NCBI GenBank assembly: GCA_044222065.1
Contig: JBGAOA010000041.1
Location: 1 to 37,779 of the forward strand
From: Candidatus Eiseniibacteriota bacterium
Lineage (GTDB): Bacteria > Eisenbacteria > RBG-16-71-46
DNA: 37,779 bases
Direction of reading: 5' to 3'
Position numbers and translations under genes: made by a program. Positions 9,095 to 18,431 of the stretch are shown piece by piece (position 1 is the first letter of the stretch; each line of letters starts with the position of its first letter). The notes below the pieces were generated by a model, which was given only the letters and a program-made list of their open reading frames with translations, was not told the DNA's origin and searched no databases.

Positions 9095-12000
9095 CTAACC
9101 GACGACGCGGGCCTCGAGGGTCGCGCGCACGATCTCGACGAGTTCGCGCGGCGCGTAGGGCTTGGCGAGGAACGGCAGCGCCGCGAACTCGCCGCCGCCC
9201 GAGACGACGTCCGAGAACCCGCTCGACAGCACGACCTTGAGCGACGGGTGCCGCTCGAGCAGCTGCGGGAGGATCTTGCGCACCGGCGTCCCCGGCATCG
9301 TCAGGTCGAGCAGCACGAGCGCGATGTCGTCCGCCTGCGCGTCCACGCGCGCGAGCGCCTCGTCGCCGTTCTCGGCTTCGATCACGCGGTGACCGCCCGC
9401 CTCGAGCGTGCGTCGCGCGAGCCGGCGCACGACCGGCTCGTCGTCCACCACGAGCACCGTCGTCGCGGGCGACAACGGCTCGCGGCCTGGCCGCGGCGCG
9501 GGCGCCGTGGCGGCCGTCGCGCCTTCGGCCGCGGGCAGCGCGATGCGGAACGTCGCGCCGGCCCCGGGCGTGCTCTCGACGTCCACCCAGCCGCGGTGCT
9601 GCGACACGATGCCGTACACCATCGAGAGCCCGAGCCCGGTGCCGTGGCCGACGGGCTTGGTCGTGAAGAACGGCTCGAAGATGCGCGGCAGCACTTCGGG
9701 CGCGATCCCGGCGCCGTCGTCGGCGATCTCGATCTCGACGTAGCGGCCCTCGGAGCGTCCGCCGTCGCGCGCCTGCTCCGCGGTGATTTCCCGCGTACGG
9801 GCCGCGAAGCGGATGCGCCCGCCGTCCGGCATCGCGTCGCGCGCGTTCACGCACAGGTTGAAGAGCACCTGCTGCAGCTGCGTCGGATCCACCATCGCGG
9901 GCGGCAGCGGGGCGGAAGACGCGACCTCGATGCGGATCGTGGACGGCAGCATGCGCCGCAGCAGCGCCGCGGCCTCTTCGATCGCCGTCGGGATCGCGGT
10001 CGGCCGCGGCTCGCAGCGCAGCATGCGGCTGAACGCGAGCAGGCCGCGCGTCAGTTCCGCGCAGCGCAGCGCCGCGCCGCGCGCGACGCGCACGTTCTCG
10101 TGCCGCGGGTCCGCGGGATCGAGTTCCTCGGCGAGCAGGTCGAGGTGCCCGAGCACGCCGGTGAGCTGGTTGTTGAAGTCGTGCGCGATGCCGCCCGCGA
10201 GCGTGCCGACGGTCTCCATCTTCTGCGCGTGCCGCAGCTGCGCCTCGGTCTCCTGCTGGCGCGTGACGTCGTCGAGCGCGCCGACCATGCGCAGGAAACG
10301 GCCGTCGGCGTCCACGATCAGCTCGCCGCGATCGCGCACCCACAGCCAGCGGCCGTCGGCGTGCCGCACGCGGTAGGTGGCGTCGAACGCGCGCCGTTCG
10401 CGCTGGCACGCGGCCATCTCGGCCTCGACGGCCGGGAGGTCGTCGGGATGCGTGATCGCGTTCCACTTCGCGTTCGAGTTGATCTCCTCGTTCGTGTAGC
10501 CGAACACCGGACCGAGGTTCCCGCTGAAGTGGCAGCGGTCCGCGACGGCGTCCCATTCGTAGATCGCCTGGCCCGTGATCTTCGCGACGCCGCGATAGCG
10601 GCGCTCCCACTGGCGCAGCTCCTGGATCGTCTCCTCCATCTCGCCGCGGTCCTGGACGACGGCGACGACGGCGTCGAAGTCGCGGCCGCCCGAGATGTTC
10701 ACGGGCGTCGAGGTCACGTGCACGGGCACGGTCGTGCCGTCGGGGCGGCGGATGAACGCATCGAGCAGCGAGGCGGGACGTCCGGTGCGCACGACCGTCG
10801 CGATGCTGCGGCGGTCGGTCGGGTACGTCGTGCCGTCCTCGACGTGCACGCTCATGTTCACGGCGCCTTCGCGCAGCACGTCGCCGATCGCGAACGGCGT
10901 CCCGGCGATCTCGGAGAAGCGCCGGTTCACGTACAGGATGCGGCGATCTTCGCGCGACACCATCACGACGCCGACCGAGGCCGAGTCGAGCAACGCCTCC
11001 AGCATGCGCTCGGAGCGCCGCAGGTCGCTGAAGACCTGCTCGAGGTCGCGGCGGTCCTGGATGACGCCGACGACGGCGTCCGGGGCGCCGGTGTTCCCGA
11101 ATCGCACCGGAGCCGCGCCCGCGAGCAGCGGGATGCGCTCGCCGTCGGGGCGCTCGAGCACGAGCGGGAAGAACTCGCGCGTCTCTCCCGTGCGAAGGAC
11201 GCTCGGGATCGCGAGATCTTCCCGCGGCAGCGGGCTGCCGTCCGGCCGGTGGAAGCGCAATCGGGAGAGGACGTCGGGATGACGCACGTCGGGCGCGATC
11301 TCGAAGCCGCTGATCTTGCGGAAGTAGTCGTTCATGAACAGCACGCGCTGATCGCGGCCGTCCACCGCGACGACGCCCACCGGCAGGCGCTCGAGCAGCG
11401 CATCGAGCAAGCGCCGCTGCTGCATCCTGTCGGACTCGGCGGCCTCGAGCCGGTCCGCGAGCCGGTCGAACGCCTCGGCCGCGCGATGGAGTTCGTCGCG
11501 CCCGCGCAGCCCGGTCCGCGCGCCGCGCTCGCCGGCGGCGAAGCGTTCGGCGGCGTCCGCGAGCCGCATCGCCGGGGCGCTCACGCCGCGGTGCAGCGCG
11601 AACACCGCGATCGCGAGCACGACGACCCCGAGCAGCGCGATGAGCACGAAGAACGCCGTCGTCGCCTCGTGCATCGCGACCGAGAGCAGGTGCGAGGAGC
11701 TGTCCACGAAGAACACGTCGGCGCCCCCCGCCGGGAGCACCACTCCGGGGCGCGCGGCGGCGAGCGGAACCGCGACGTGGAAGTGGCCGTTCGCGAGCGC
11801 GCGCCGCTCGAGCCTCCCCGAGGCGCGCGCGCGACGGATCAGCTCGAGGTCGGCGAGGTCGTCCCCCGGCGCGAGCGTGCGGCCGTTCCAGGATCCGGGC
11901 GACGCGTCCACGACCCGGTCGCTTCCGTCCACGAGCAGCACCGAGCGCATCTCGAGACGGCCGGCCATCCACTCGACCATCTCGTGGGTGGCCGTGCGAT

Positions 12001-12196
12001 CGCCGCGCGCCTCGAAGCCCGCGATCATGCGGGCCGAGGCGATCGCGAACGCGCGCAACGACTCCTCGCGCAACTTGAGTCCTTCGCGATCCACGCGGTC
12101 GAGGGCGCCGAAGTAGGACGCGACGAGGAGCGCGCCTCCCGCGATCAGCAGGACGAGCGGGACCGTGAATCGAATGCTGTGGAAGATGCGGCGCAT
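9095..12196 (-). CDS. Hybrid sensor histidine kinase (2 TM, HAMP, about 3 PAS, HisKA, HATPase, receiver)
   Basis: H box LAGGIAHDFNN, N box FNLCVNARDAM, FFTTK, GTGLGL, receiver VVDDE...LLDLTMP...KPY. Confidence 0.93.
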   Translation of the reverse strand: MRRIFHSIRFTVPLVLLIAGGALLVASYFGALDRVDREGLKLREESLRAFAIASARMIAGFEARGDRTATHEMVEWMAGRLEMRSVLLVDGSDRVVDASPGSWNGRTLAPGDDLADLELIRRARASGRLERRALANGHFHVAVPLAAARPGVVLPAGGADVFFVDSSSHLLSVAMHEATTAFFVLIALLGVVVLAIAVFALHRGVSAPAMRLADAAERFAAGERGARTGLRGRDELHRAAEAFDRLADRLEAAESDRMQQRRLLDALLERLPVGVVAVDGRDQRVLFMNDYFRKISGFEIAPDVRHPDVLSRLRFHRPDGSPLPREDLAIPSVLRTGETREFFPLVLERPDGERIPLLAGAAPVRFGNTGAPDAVVGVIQDRRDLEQVFSDLRRSERMLEALLDSASVGVVMVSREDRRILYVNRRFSEIAGTPFAIGDVLREGAVNMSVHVEDGTTYPTDRRSIATVVRTGRPASLLDAFIRRPDGTTVPVHVTSTPVNISGGRDFDAVVAVVQDRGEMEETIQELRQWERRYRGVAKITGQAIYEWDAVADRCHFSGNLGPVFGYTNEEINSNAKWNAITHPDDLPAVEAEMAACQRERRAFDATYRVRHADGRWLWVRDRGELIVDADGRFLRMVGALDDVTRQQETEAQLRHAQKMETVGTLAGGIAHDFNNQLTGVLGHLDLLAEELDPADPRHENVRVARGAALRCAELTRGLLAFSRMLRCEPRPTAIPTAIEEAAALLRRMLPSTIRIEVASSAPLPPAMVDPTQLQQVLFNLCVNARDAMPDGGRIRFAARTREITAEQARDGGRSEGRYVEIEIADDGAGIAPEVLPRIFEPFFTTKPVGHGTGLGLSMVYGIVSQHRGWVDVESTPGAGATFRIALPAAEGATAATAPAPRPGREPLSPATTVLVVDDEPVVRRLARRTLEAGGHRVIEAENGDEALARVDAQADDIALVLLDLTMPGTPVRKILPQLLERHPSLKVVLSSGFSDVVSGGGEFAALPFLAKPYAPRELVEIVRATLEARVVG

Positions 12197-12275
12197 GGTG
12201 CGGTTCCGCCCGGTCGTCGGAGCCGCCGCGCGCCGAGGTCGGCGCGGCGGAGGGCAAGTCTCTCAACGGTTGGGA

Positions 12276-12304
12276 AGCCTAGCCCCGGAAACGATTTCCG
12301 CCAA
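12276..12304 (-). promoter_or_regulatory. Candidate sigma70 promoter of the hybrid kinase
   Basis: TTGGCG-17-TAGGCT on the minus strand; palindrome CGGAAA-cga-TTTCCG in the spacer. Confidence 0.5.
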
Positions 12305-12361
12305 GAACGGAACGTGATCGGGGCGATTCGGGCGACGAGCGGACCGGCGCGGGGTGCGGCG

Positions 12362-13678
12362 CTAGTAGTCCCAGCGCGCGGCCGCGTGGCGCGGCCATTC
12401 GCCCTCGCCGAAGCGGGCGCCGGCGACGCGCATCATGCCGGAGAACATCGCGGCGTCGGCGGCGACGTTGCCCTCGATCGCGCGCTGCATCTCTTCGAGC
12501 ACGTTCAGGCGCCGTCGGATCTCGGTCGCGTCCACGCCCGCGGCCTGGCGCTGGATCTCGGCGACGCGGTCGCGGTTGACGAGCATCTCGACTGGCGCGC
12601 CGTAACGCGCGCGCAGCAGGTCGCGCAGCCACAGCTGGTGGAACTCGACCATGCGGCGCAGCTGCTCGCGGCCGGTCTTCCCGAAGCGCATGTACTTCTG
12701 CGCCGCCGCCCACGTGCCCGCGGCGTCGCCGCGGAGCGCGGGCTGGAGCAGCGCGAGCGCCTCGTCGCGCATCGCGAGCGGGTTCTGGTCGCGCAGCACG
12801 ATCGCGCGGGCGAGCGAGCCGCCCGCGAGTGCGGCGAGCATGCGCGCCGTCTTCTCGTCCACGCCCGCACGGTCGAGCAGGAATTCGCGCACGAGTGTTT
12901 CGGCGAGCGAGGCGAAGCGCACCTTCTGACAGCGCGAACGGATCGTCGCGGGCAGGCGGTTCGGGCGCGAGGTCGTGAGCACCCACACGGTGGAGGCGCC
13001 GGGCTCCTCGATGGACTTGAGCATCGCCGAGCACTGGTCCTCGCGCATGCGGTCGGCGTCGCGCACGATCACGACGCGGCGTTCGGCCTCGTAGGGGCGG
13101 AACGCGAGTTCGCGCAGCAGCTCGCGCGTCATCGAGAGCCGGATCGAGTCCGCCTTCTGGTACTCGAACACGTGCAGCGGATTCTCGCGCAGCGACACGA
13201 GGATCGCGTTGATCGTCTCGTCGAGTTCCTTCTCTTCGCCCGAGACCGGGAACAGGAACTTGAGATCCGGGTGCTGCAGCGCCGCCGCCTTCGCGCACTG
13301 ATCGCACGCGCCGCACGCGTCGCGCTTCGGCGCGCCGTCCTCGGGCGGTGCGGGCGAGGCGGCGGGCGGTGCGGCCGGCGCCGCGTCGGCGCCCGCGGGC
13401 TTCGCGCCGCCCTTCTTCGCGGGTGCCTTCGCCGTCGCGGCCGGCGCGTCGAACAGCCCCGGCGCTTCCTCGGGCGGCGCTTCGAGCGTGCGCTGCGTCG
13501 CGCCCGCGCCGCGGTCGCACAGGATCGCGCGCGCGAACGCGAGTGCCGCCGTGCCCTTGCCGACGCCCGCGGGGCCGTGGAACAGGTAGGCGTTCGCGTA
13601 GCGGTTCGACGCCACGACGTTCGTGAGGAACGCGGAGGCGTCGGGCTGGCCGAGGAGTGCTACGAGGCGCGGCGGCAT
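12362..13678 (-). CDS. holB: DNA polymerase III subunit delta'
   Basis: AYLFHGPAGVGKGT, C...CGACDQC zinc module, HPDL, LKSIEEP, LPATIRSRCQ. Confidence 0.9.
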   Translation of the reverse strand: MPPRLVALLGQPDASAFLTNVVASNRYANAYLFHGPAGVGKGTAALAFARAILCDRGAGATQRTLEAPPEEAPGLFDAPAATAKAPAKKGGAKPAGADAAPAAPPAASPAPPEDGAPKRDACGACDQCAKAAALQHPDLKFLFPVSGEEKELDETINAILVSLRENPLHVFEYQKADSIRLSMTRELLRELAFRPYEAERRVVIVRDADRMREDQCSAMLKSIEEPGASTVWVLTTSRPNRLPATIRSRCQKVRFASLAETLVREFLLDRAGVDEKTARMLAALAGGSLARAIVLRDQNPLAMRDEALALLQPALRGDAAGTWAAAQKYMRFGKTGREQLRRMVEFHQLWLRDLLRARYGAPVEMLVNRDRVAEIQRQAAGVDATEIRRRLNVLEEMQRAIEGNVAADAAMFSGMMRVAGARFGEGEWPRHAAARWDY

Positions 13679-13721
13679 GAGGGCCGCGAGACTACACGAG
13701 CGGGGCGCGGAGCGAGGAGCC

Positions 13722-14912
13722 CTACCTCAACCACCCCATCGGATCGAGCGCCGCGCCGCCCTTGCGGACCTCGAAGTGCAGCACGGGGCCCTTCAAGGAG
13801 CCCGTGTCGCCCGAGCGGCCGATCGTCGCGCCGGCGATCACTTCCTGGTTCACCGACACCGCGATCGTCGAGAGGTGCGCGTACATCGTGTAGAAGCCGT
13901 CGCCGTGGTTGAGCAGCACCATCTGGCCGTACGTGCCGTAGTCGTCGCTCACGAAGTCCACGCGCCCCTTCGCGACCGCGCGCACCGCCGTGCCGACCGC
14001 GCACGCGATGTCGATGCCGTTGTTCGGCGTCACGGTGCCCCACTTCGGGTGCACCTCGTTGCCGAAGCGTCCGACGAGGTCGCCGCGCACGGGCCAGTCG
14101 AGCTGGCCCTGCCCGCGCGCGAAGTCGCCGGCGTAGGGCTGCGGGCTGCGGCCGGTCTTCTCGTTGTCGATCCGCTGCTTCTCGAGCCGCGCGAGCAGCG
14201 ACTTGATGCTCGCCGCCGTGCGCTCGAGTTCGCGCGCCGCGGCCTCGAACGCCGCGCGCTGGTTCTGGATGCTCGCGACCGTCGTCGCGCGCTGCTCGCG
14301 CAGGTTCGCGAGCCGCTTCGACGACGCCGTCGTCTGCGACTCGTTGCGCGTCACCGCGCGCAGGTTGCTCTCGAGCTTCAGCTTGTCGGCCTCGACCTGC
14401 TCCTTCTCGCCGCGGATGCCGTCGAGGATCACCTGGTCCTGCTGCGCGATCATCACGAGGTAGTCCCAGCGCGCGAGCAGTTGCGCGAACGACTGGGTCG
14501 AGAGCAGGAACTCGAGTTCGCGCCCGGCGCCGGTCATGTACGCGCGCCGCAGCCGCCGCGCGAGCAGTGACTGCTGCTGGCCGAGCGAATGCAAGCTGCG
14601 CTCGAGGTTCGCCTCGGTGATGTCGAGCTGGTTGCCGAGCGTCTGGCGCTGGCGCTGGAGCTTCTGGAGCCGGCGGCGCGTCGTGCCGAGTTCCTTCTCG
14701 GTGCGCCGCAGCTTCGTCATCTCCTGCCCCTCGCGCACCTTGAGCTTCTGCGCCGCCTCGCGCTTCTCGCGCGCGGCGCGCTGGATCGCCTCGAGCTCCT
14801 TGCGCTTCGCGGTCTCGAGGCTGTCCTGCGGCGCGGCGACGCCGGCGAGCGCGAGGAGCGCGATCGCGAGCGTGGCGGCCAGCAGCCGCGGGGGCCGCGG
14901 GCCCCGGCTCAT
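13722..14912 (-). CDS. envC: Murein hydrolase activator EnvC (coiled coil + M23 domain)
   Basis: Signal peptide, long coiled coil, M23 domain (NNGIDI, YTMYAHL, LHFEVRK); ATGA overlap with ftsX. Confidence 0.85.
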   Translation of the reverse strand: MSRGPRPPRLLAATLAIALLALAGVAAPQDSLETAKRKELEAIQRAAREKREAAQKLKVREGQEMTKLRRTEKELGTTRRRLQKLQRQRQTLGNQLDITEANLERSLHSLGQQQSLLARRLRRAYMTGAGRELEFLLSTQSFAQLLARWDYLVMIAQQDQVILDGIRGEKEQVEADKLKLESNLRAVTRNESQTTASSKRLANLREQRATTVASIQNQRAAFEAAARELERTAASIKSLLARLEKQRIDNEKTGRSPQPYAGDFARGQGQLDWPVRGDLVGRFGNEVHPKWGTVTPNNGIDIACAVGTAVRAVAKGRVDFVSDDYGTYGQMVLLNHGDGFYTMYAHLSTIAVSVNQEVIAGATIGRSGDTGSLKGPVLHFEVRKGGAALDPMGWLR

Positions 14913-15772
14913 GCGCCGATCGTCCGCAGCACGCGCGACAGCGCGAGCCACGCGGCGATCCACGCGATCGCGATCGCCGCGGCGACGAAGCCCGCCACCC
15001 ACAGCAGCGGGAAGAACGCGACGCCGCTGATCTGCGCGCGCACCGCCTGCTGGAACACGAACAGCAGCGCGAGCGCGACGAGCGCCGACACCGAGGCCTG
15101 GATCATCGCCTCGATCGTGAACGGCGCCGCGATGAAGCGGTCCGTCGCGCCGAGGCGGCTCATGATCTCGACCTCGCGGCGCCGCGCGAGCACGGTCAGA
15201 CGGATCGTGTTGTAGAGCACGAGCACGAGCGCGACCGCGACGAGCCCGCCGAGCGCCCACGTCGCCGTGCGCAGCCCCGCGCCGAGTTCGTCGAGACGCC
15301 GCACCCACTCGGCGCCGTAGCGCACGTCTTCCACCTCGGGGAACTGCGCGACCTGGCGCGCGGCCTCGTCCATCGCGTCGTAGTTCAAGAGCTCGGGGCG
15401 CAGCTTCACGCGCAGCGAGGCGGGCAGCGGGTTCTGCTCGACCGCCTCGAGCAGCTGGCGGTCGCCGATCTGCTGCGAGAACTCCTCCCACGCCTGGTCC
15501 TTGCTCACGTACGTCACGCGGCCGTACAGGCGCTCGAGGCTCTGCGTCACCTGCGTGCGTCCGGCTTCGTCCACGCCGTCGCGCAGGTACACGACCATTT
15601 CGCGCCGGTCGCCGATCATCCTGAGCGCGTTGTCCGCGTTGTGGGACACGAGCAGGAACAACCCGCACAGCGTGAGCCCGGCCGTGAGCGAGAACATCGC
15701 GGTGAGCGACAGTCCGCGGTGCTGCTGGAAGGAGCGCGAGGCCTCCTTGAAGTAGAACGACTGCACGCTCAT
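14909..15772 (-). CDS. ftsX: Cell division permease FtsX
   Basis: NPLPASL, NTIRLTVLARRREVEIMSRLGATDRFIAAPF; between ftsE and envC with ATGA overlaps. Confidence 0.92.
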   Translation of the reverse strand: MSVQSFYFKEASRSFQQHRGLSLTAMFSLTAGLTLCGLFLLVSHNADNALRMIGDRREMVVYLRDGVDEAGRTQVTQSLERLYGRVTYVSKDQAWEEFSQQIGDRQLLEAVEQNPLPASLRVKLRPELLNYDAMDEAARQVAQFPEVEDVRYGAEWVRRLDELGAGLRTATWALGGLVAVALVLVLYNTIRLTVLARRREVEIMSRLGATDRFIAAPFTIEAMIQASVSALVALALLFVFQQAVRAQISGVAFFPLLWVAGFVAAAIAIAWIAAWLALSRVLRTIGA

Positions 15773-16548
15773 TCGGCCGTCCCGGTCGGGCTCGGCGGCG
15801 GGAACGTCGTCGCGCCGGGCAGGTCGGGCGCCTGCGTGGGCGCGAACCCGGGCGTGCCGCCGCCGACGAACGGCGCGCCCGCGCGCGGCACGAGGTCGCC
15901 CGTCAGCCGGCCCTCGTCGAGCACGATCTTGCGGCCACCGAGTTCGCGCGCGACGTCGTCGCGCGTCGTGACGAGCAGCACCGCGGCGCCTTCGCCGTGG
16001 ATGCGCTTGAGCAGTCCGAGCACCTCGCTCGCGCTGCGCGGTTCGAGCGCGCCGGTCGGCTCGTCGGCGAGGATCACCGCGGGCCGGTTCACGATCGCGC
16101 GCGCGATCGCGGCGCGCTGCTTCTCGCCGGCCGACAGCTCGTGCGGATACGCCGCCTGCATGCTCTGCAGGCCGACCTCCTGCAGCGCGTGCAGCACGCG
16201 CGGGATCACCTCGCGGTCCGAGAAGCGCCCGGTGATGCGCACGGCGAGCGCGACGTTCTCGAACACGGTGCGGTCCGAGAGCAGCCGGAAGTCCTCGTAG
16301 ATGATGCCGATCGTGCGCCGCAGCAGGGCGCGCTGGGCGCGCGACAGGCGGCCGCCGCGGAACGTGCCGACGGCGACGGTGCCGGAGGTCGGCTGGATCT
16401 CGTGGGTGATGAGGCGCAACAGCGAGGTCTTGCCGGCGCCGCTGTGGCCCACGACGACGACGCACTCGCCCTCGTCCATGTGCCACGACACGGAATCGAG
16501 CGCCAGGCGCTCTCCGTAGCGCTTGGTCACCTGCTCGAACGTGATCAT
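15769..16548 (-). CDS. ftsE: Cell division ATP-binding protein FtsE (degenerate motifs)
   Basis: GHSGAGKT, DFRLLSDRTVFENVAL, LADEPTG; directly upstream of ftsX. Confidence 0.87.
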   Translation of the reverse strand: MITFEQVTKRYGERLALDSVSWHMDEGECVVVVGHSGAGKTSLLRLITHEIQPTSGTVAVGTFRGGRLSRAQRALLRRTIGIIYEDFRLLSDRTVFENVALAVRITGRFSDREVIPRVLHALQEVGLQSMQAAYPHELSAGEKQRAAIARAIVNRPAVILADEPTGALEPRSASEVLGLLKRIHGEGAAVLLVTTRDDVARELGGRKIVLDEGRLTGDLVPRAGAPFVGGGTPGFAPTQAPDLPGATTFPPPSPTGTAE

Positions 16549-16612
16549 CGGCCGCAACCTAGCAGACGGCGCGGGGCGGCCTCAATCGTGAGCAGCCGCC
16601 CCGCGCCAGACG

Positions 16613-17950
16613 TCATCGGATCTGGACGTTCGACTTCGCGCGCAGCGTCTTCATGTACGCGGCGAAGCCCTCCTGAGCCTTGATCTCGCCGACCGCGCGC
16701 GGCAGCTGCGCGCGCACTTCGTCGAGCGTGTAGTCGCGTTCGGGCTTCCGGTCGAGCAGCTTGAAGATGTTGAAGCCGACCTGGTTCGGCATCGCCTCGC
16801 TGATCTGCCCGATCTCGAGCGTGTCGAGCCCCGCGCGGATGTGGTCCTGCAGCGTCGCGACCGAGATGAACCCGAGCGCGCCGTTCTCGTCGGCCGGACC
16901 GTCGTACTTGCTGTAGCGGCGCACGAGCGTGCCGAAGTCCGTGCCCTTCACGGCCTCGCCGCGCACACGGTCGGCGAGGTCCTTCGCGCGCTTCGCGTCG
17001 TCCTCGTCCACGGGCACGCGGACGAGGATGTGACGCACGTGCGCCTCGCGCACCGGTCGGCCGTCGGCATCGAGGCTGTCCTTGCCGGCGACGGTCTTCA
17101 CGGTGTCGCGCTCGAGCGCCTCGATGAGGTGCCAGCCGTACGGCGTCTTCACCGGCTCGCTCACCGTGTGGAGCGGCTGCGCGAACGCGGCCTGCTCGAA
17201 CGACGGCTCCATCGAGCCCTCGGGGAAGAAGCCGAGGTCGCCGCCCGCGTTCTTGCTGTTCGGATCGTCCGACACCTCGGCCGCGACCTTCGCGAACTTC
17301 TCGCCCGCGACGATGCGCTTGCGCGCGGCGACCGCCGCGGCGCGGCCCTTCAAGTCGGACGCCGAGTCCGGCGTCACCGGGATCTGGATGACCGCGACCT
17401 TCACCTCACCCGGGACCTTCGGGAACTTGTCCGGGTGGTCCTTGAAGTACTTCTCGGCCTCGGCCTGCGGCACGGGGCGCTGCGGGAACTGCTTCTCGAC
17501 GAAGCGCGACTGCAGAAGCCGCCCGCGCACCTCTTCCTTGAGCTTCGCGCGCACCGCCTCGAGCGTCATGTTCTCGCGCTTCATCTGGTCGGCGAACGCC
17601 TGTTCGCCGCCGAGCCGGCGCTTCACGTCAGCGATCGCGGCGTCGGTCTGCTTCGTCAGCTCGGCGTCGCTGATCGTGATGCCCTGGCGCTTCGCCTCGC
17701 CCAGGATGAGCTTGTCCTCGATCAGCCGGTCGAGGATCTGGGCGCGCAGCGTGTCGATCTGGGCCGAATCCGGCTCCGCGCGGCCGCCGAGGCTCTGCAG
17801 GAACAGGATGAGCTTCTCTTCGACGTCGCTCTGCAGCACCACGTCGTCGTTGACGACGGCGGCGATGCCGTCGAGCCGCTGGGCGGCGGCGGGAAGGGCG
17901 AGCACGGCGAGCAGGGCCATCGAGAACGCGGCCGATCGAACGATCTTCAA
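16613..17950 (-). CDS. surA: SurA-type periplasmic chaperone / parvulin PPIase (two rotamase domains)
   Basis: LDGIAAVVNDDVVLQSDV N-domain; GGDLGFF...FEQAAF...TPYGWHLI; HVRHILV; TTG 17950 with GGAGG RBS; TATACT -10 at 18044-18049. Confidence 0.85.
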   Translation of the reverse strand: MKIVRSAAFSMALLAVLALPAAAQRLDGIAAVVNDDVVLQSDVEEKLILFLQSLGGRAEPDSAQIDTLRAQILDRLIEDKLILGEAKRQGITISDAELTKQTDAAIADVKRRLGGEQAFADQMKRENMTLEAVRAKLKEEVRGRLLQSRFVEKQFPQRPVPQAEAEKYFKDHPDKFPKVPGEVKVAVIQIPVTPDSASDLKGRAAAVAARKRIVAGEKFAKVAAEVSDDPNSKNAGGDLGFFPEGSMEPSFEQAAFAQPLHTVSEPVKTPYGWHLIEALERDTVKTVAGKDSLDADGRPVREAHVRHILVRVPVDEDDAKRAKDLADRVRGEAVKGTDFGTLVRRYSKYDGPADENGALGFISVATLQDHIRAGLDTLEIGQISEAMPNQVGFNIFKLLDRKPERDYTLDEVRAQLPRAVGEIKAQEGFAAYMKTLRAKSNVQIR

Positions 17951-18431
17951 TTCATCCTCCGTGTGGAGCGCGGCGCGCGATGGCATTCGCATCGCGTCCG
18001 CCGGACGAGGGCGGCGAGGGCGCCCTCCCAGAGCGAGCGGGGCAGTATAGCCACGCTCCCGAGAGTCCTGCACAGCAATTCGGGGACCGGCGCGGCCCCC
18101 GTGCGCGCCGGTCCCGGCGAGCCTCGCGCGAAGGCGAAGCGGCGCGCGCACGCGCGCGACGCGCTCGCGATCGCATCGCTCTCGTTACTCCCATGGACCA
18201 CGCGGCATGCCCGGATGGCCGGTCGCCGCCGCGAGGTTTTGCGACGGCTTTGCAGCCGGGCCGCGCGGCGAGGGCGGAAGCGCGCTGCGCGCCGCCGTGC
18301 GCGCGCCTCGCGCGTGGCGGGCACGCCACGCGGGCCCGGCCCGCGCTCGTGAGGCGGCGCTGCCGCGCTCGTCCCAAGCCCGCGGGCGCGTTCGCCGCGT
18401 CCGAGGCCCGGCGCGCTAATCTCTGCCGGAC

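Noticed and set aside
9248..13912. Very long plus-strand ORF (1554 aa) and many other long Arg/Ala/Pro-rich ORFs (e.g. 8931-12266, 17952-20705, 32256-35081)
   Set aside because: Antisense or alternate-frame shadows of real genes, expected from stop-codon scarcity at high GC; no recognisable motifs.
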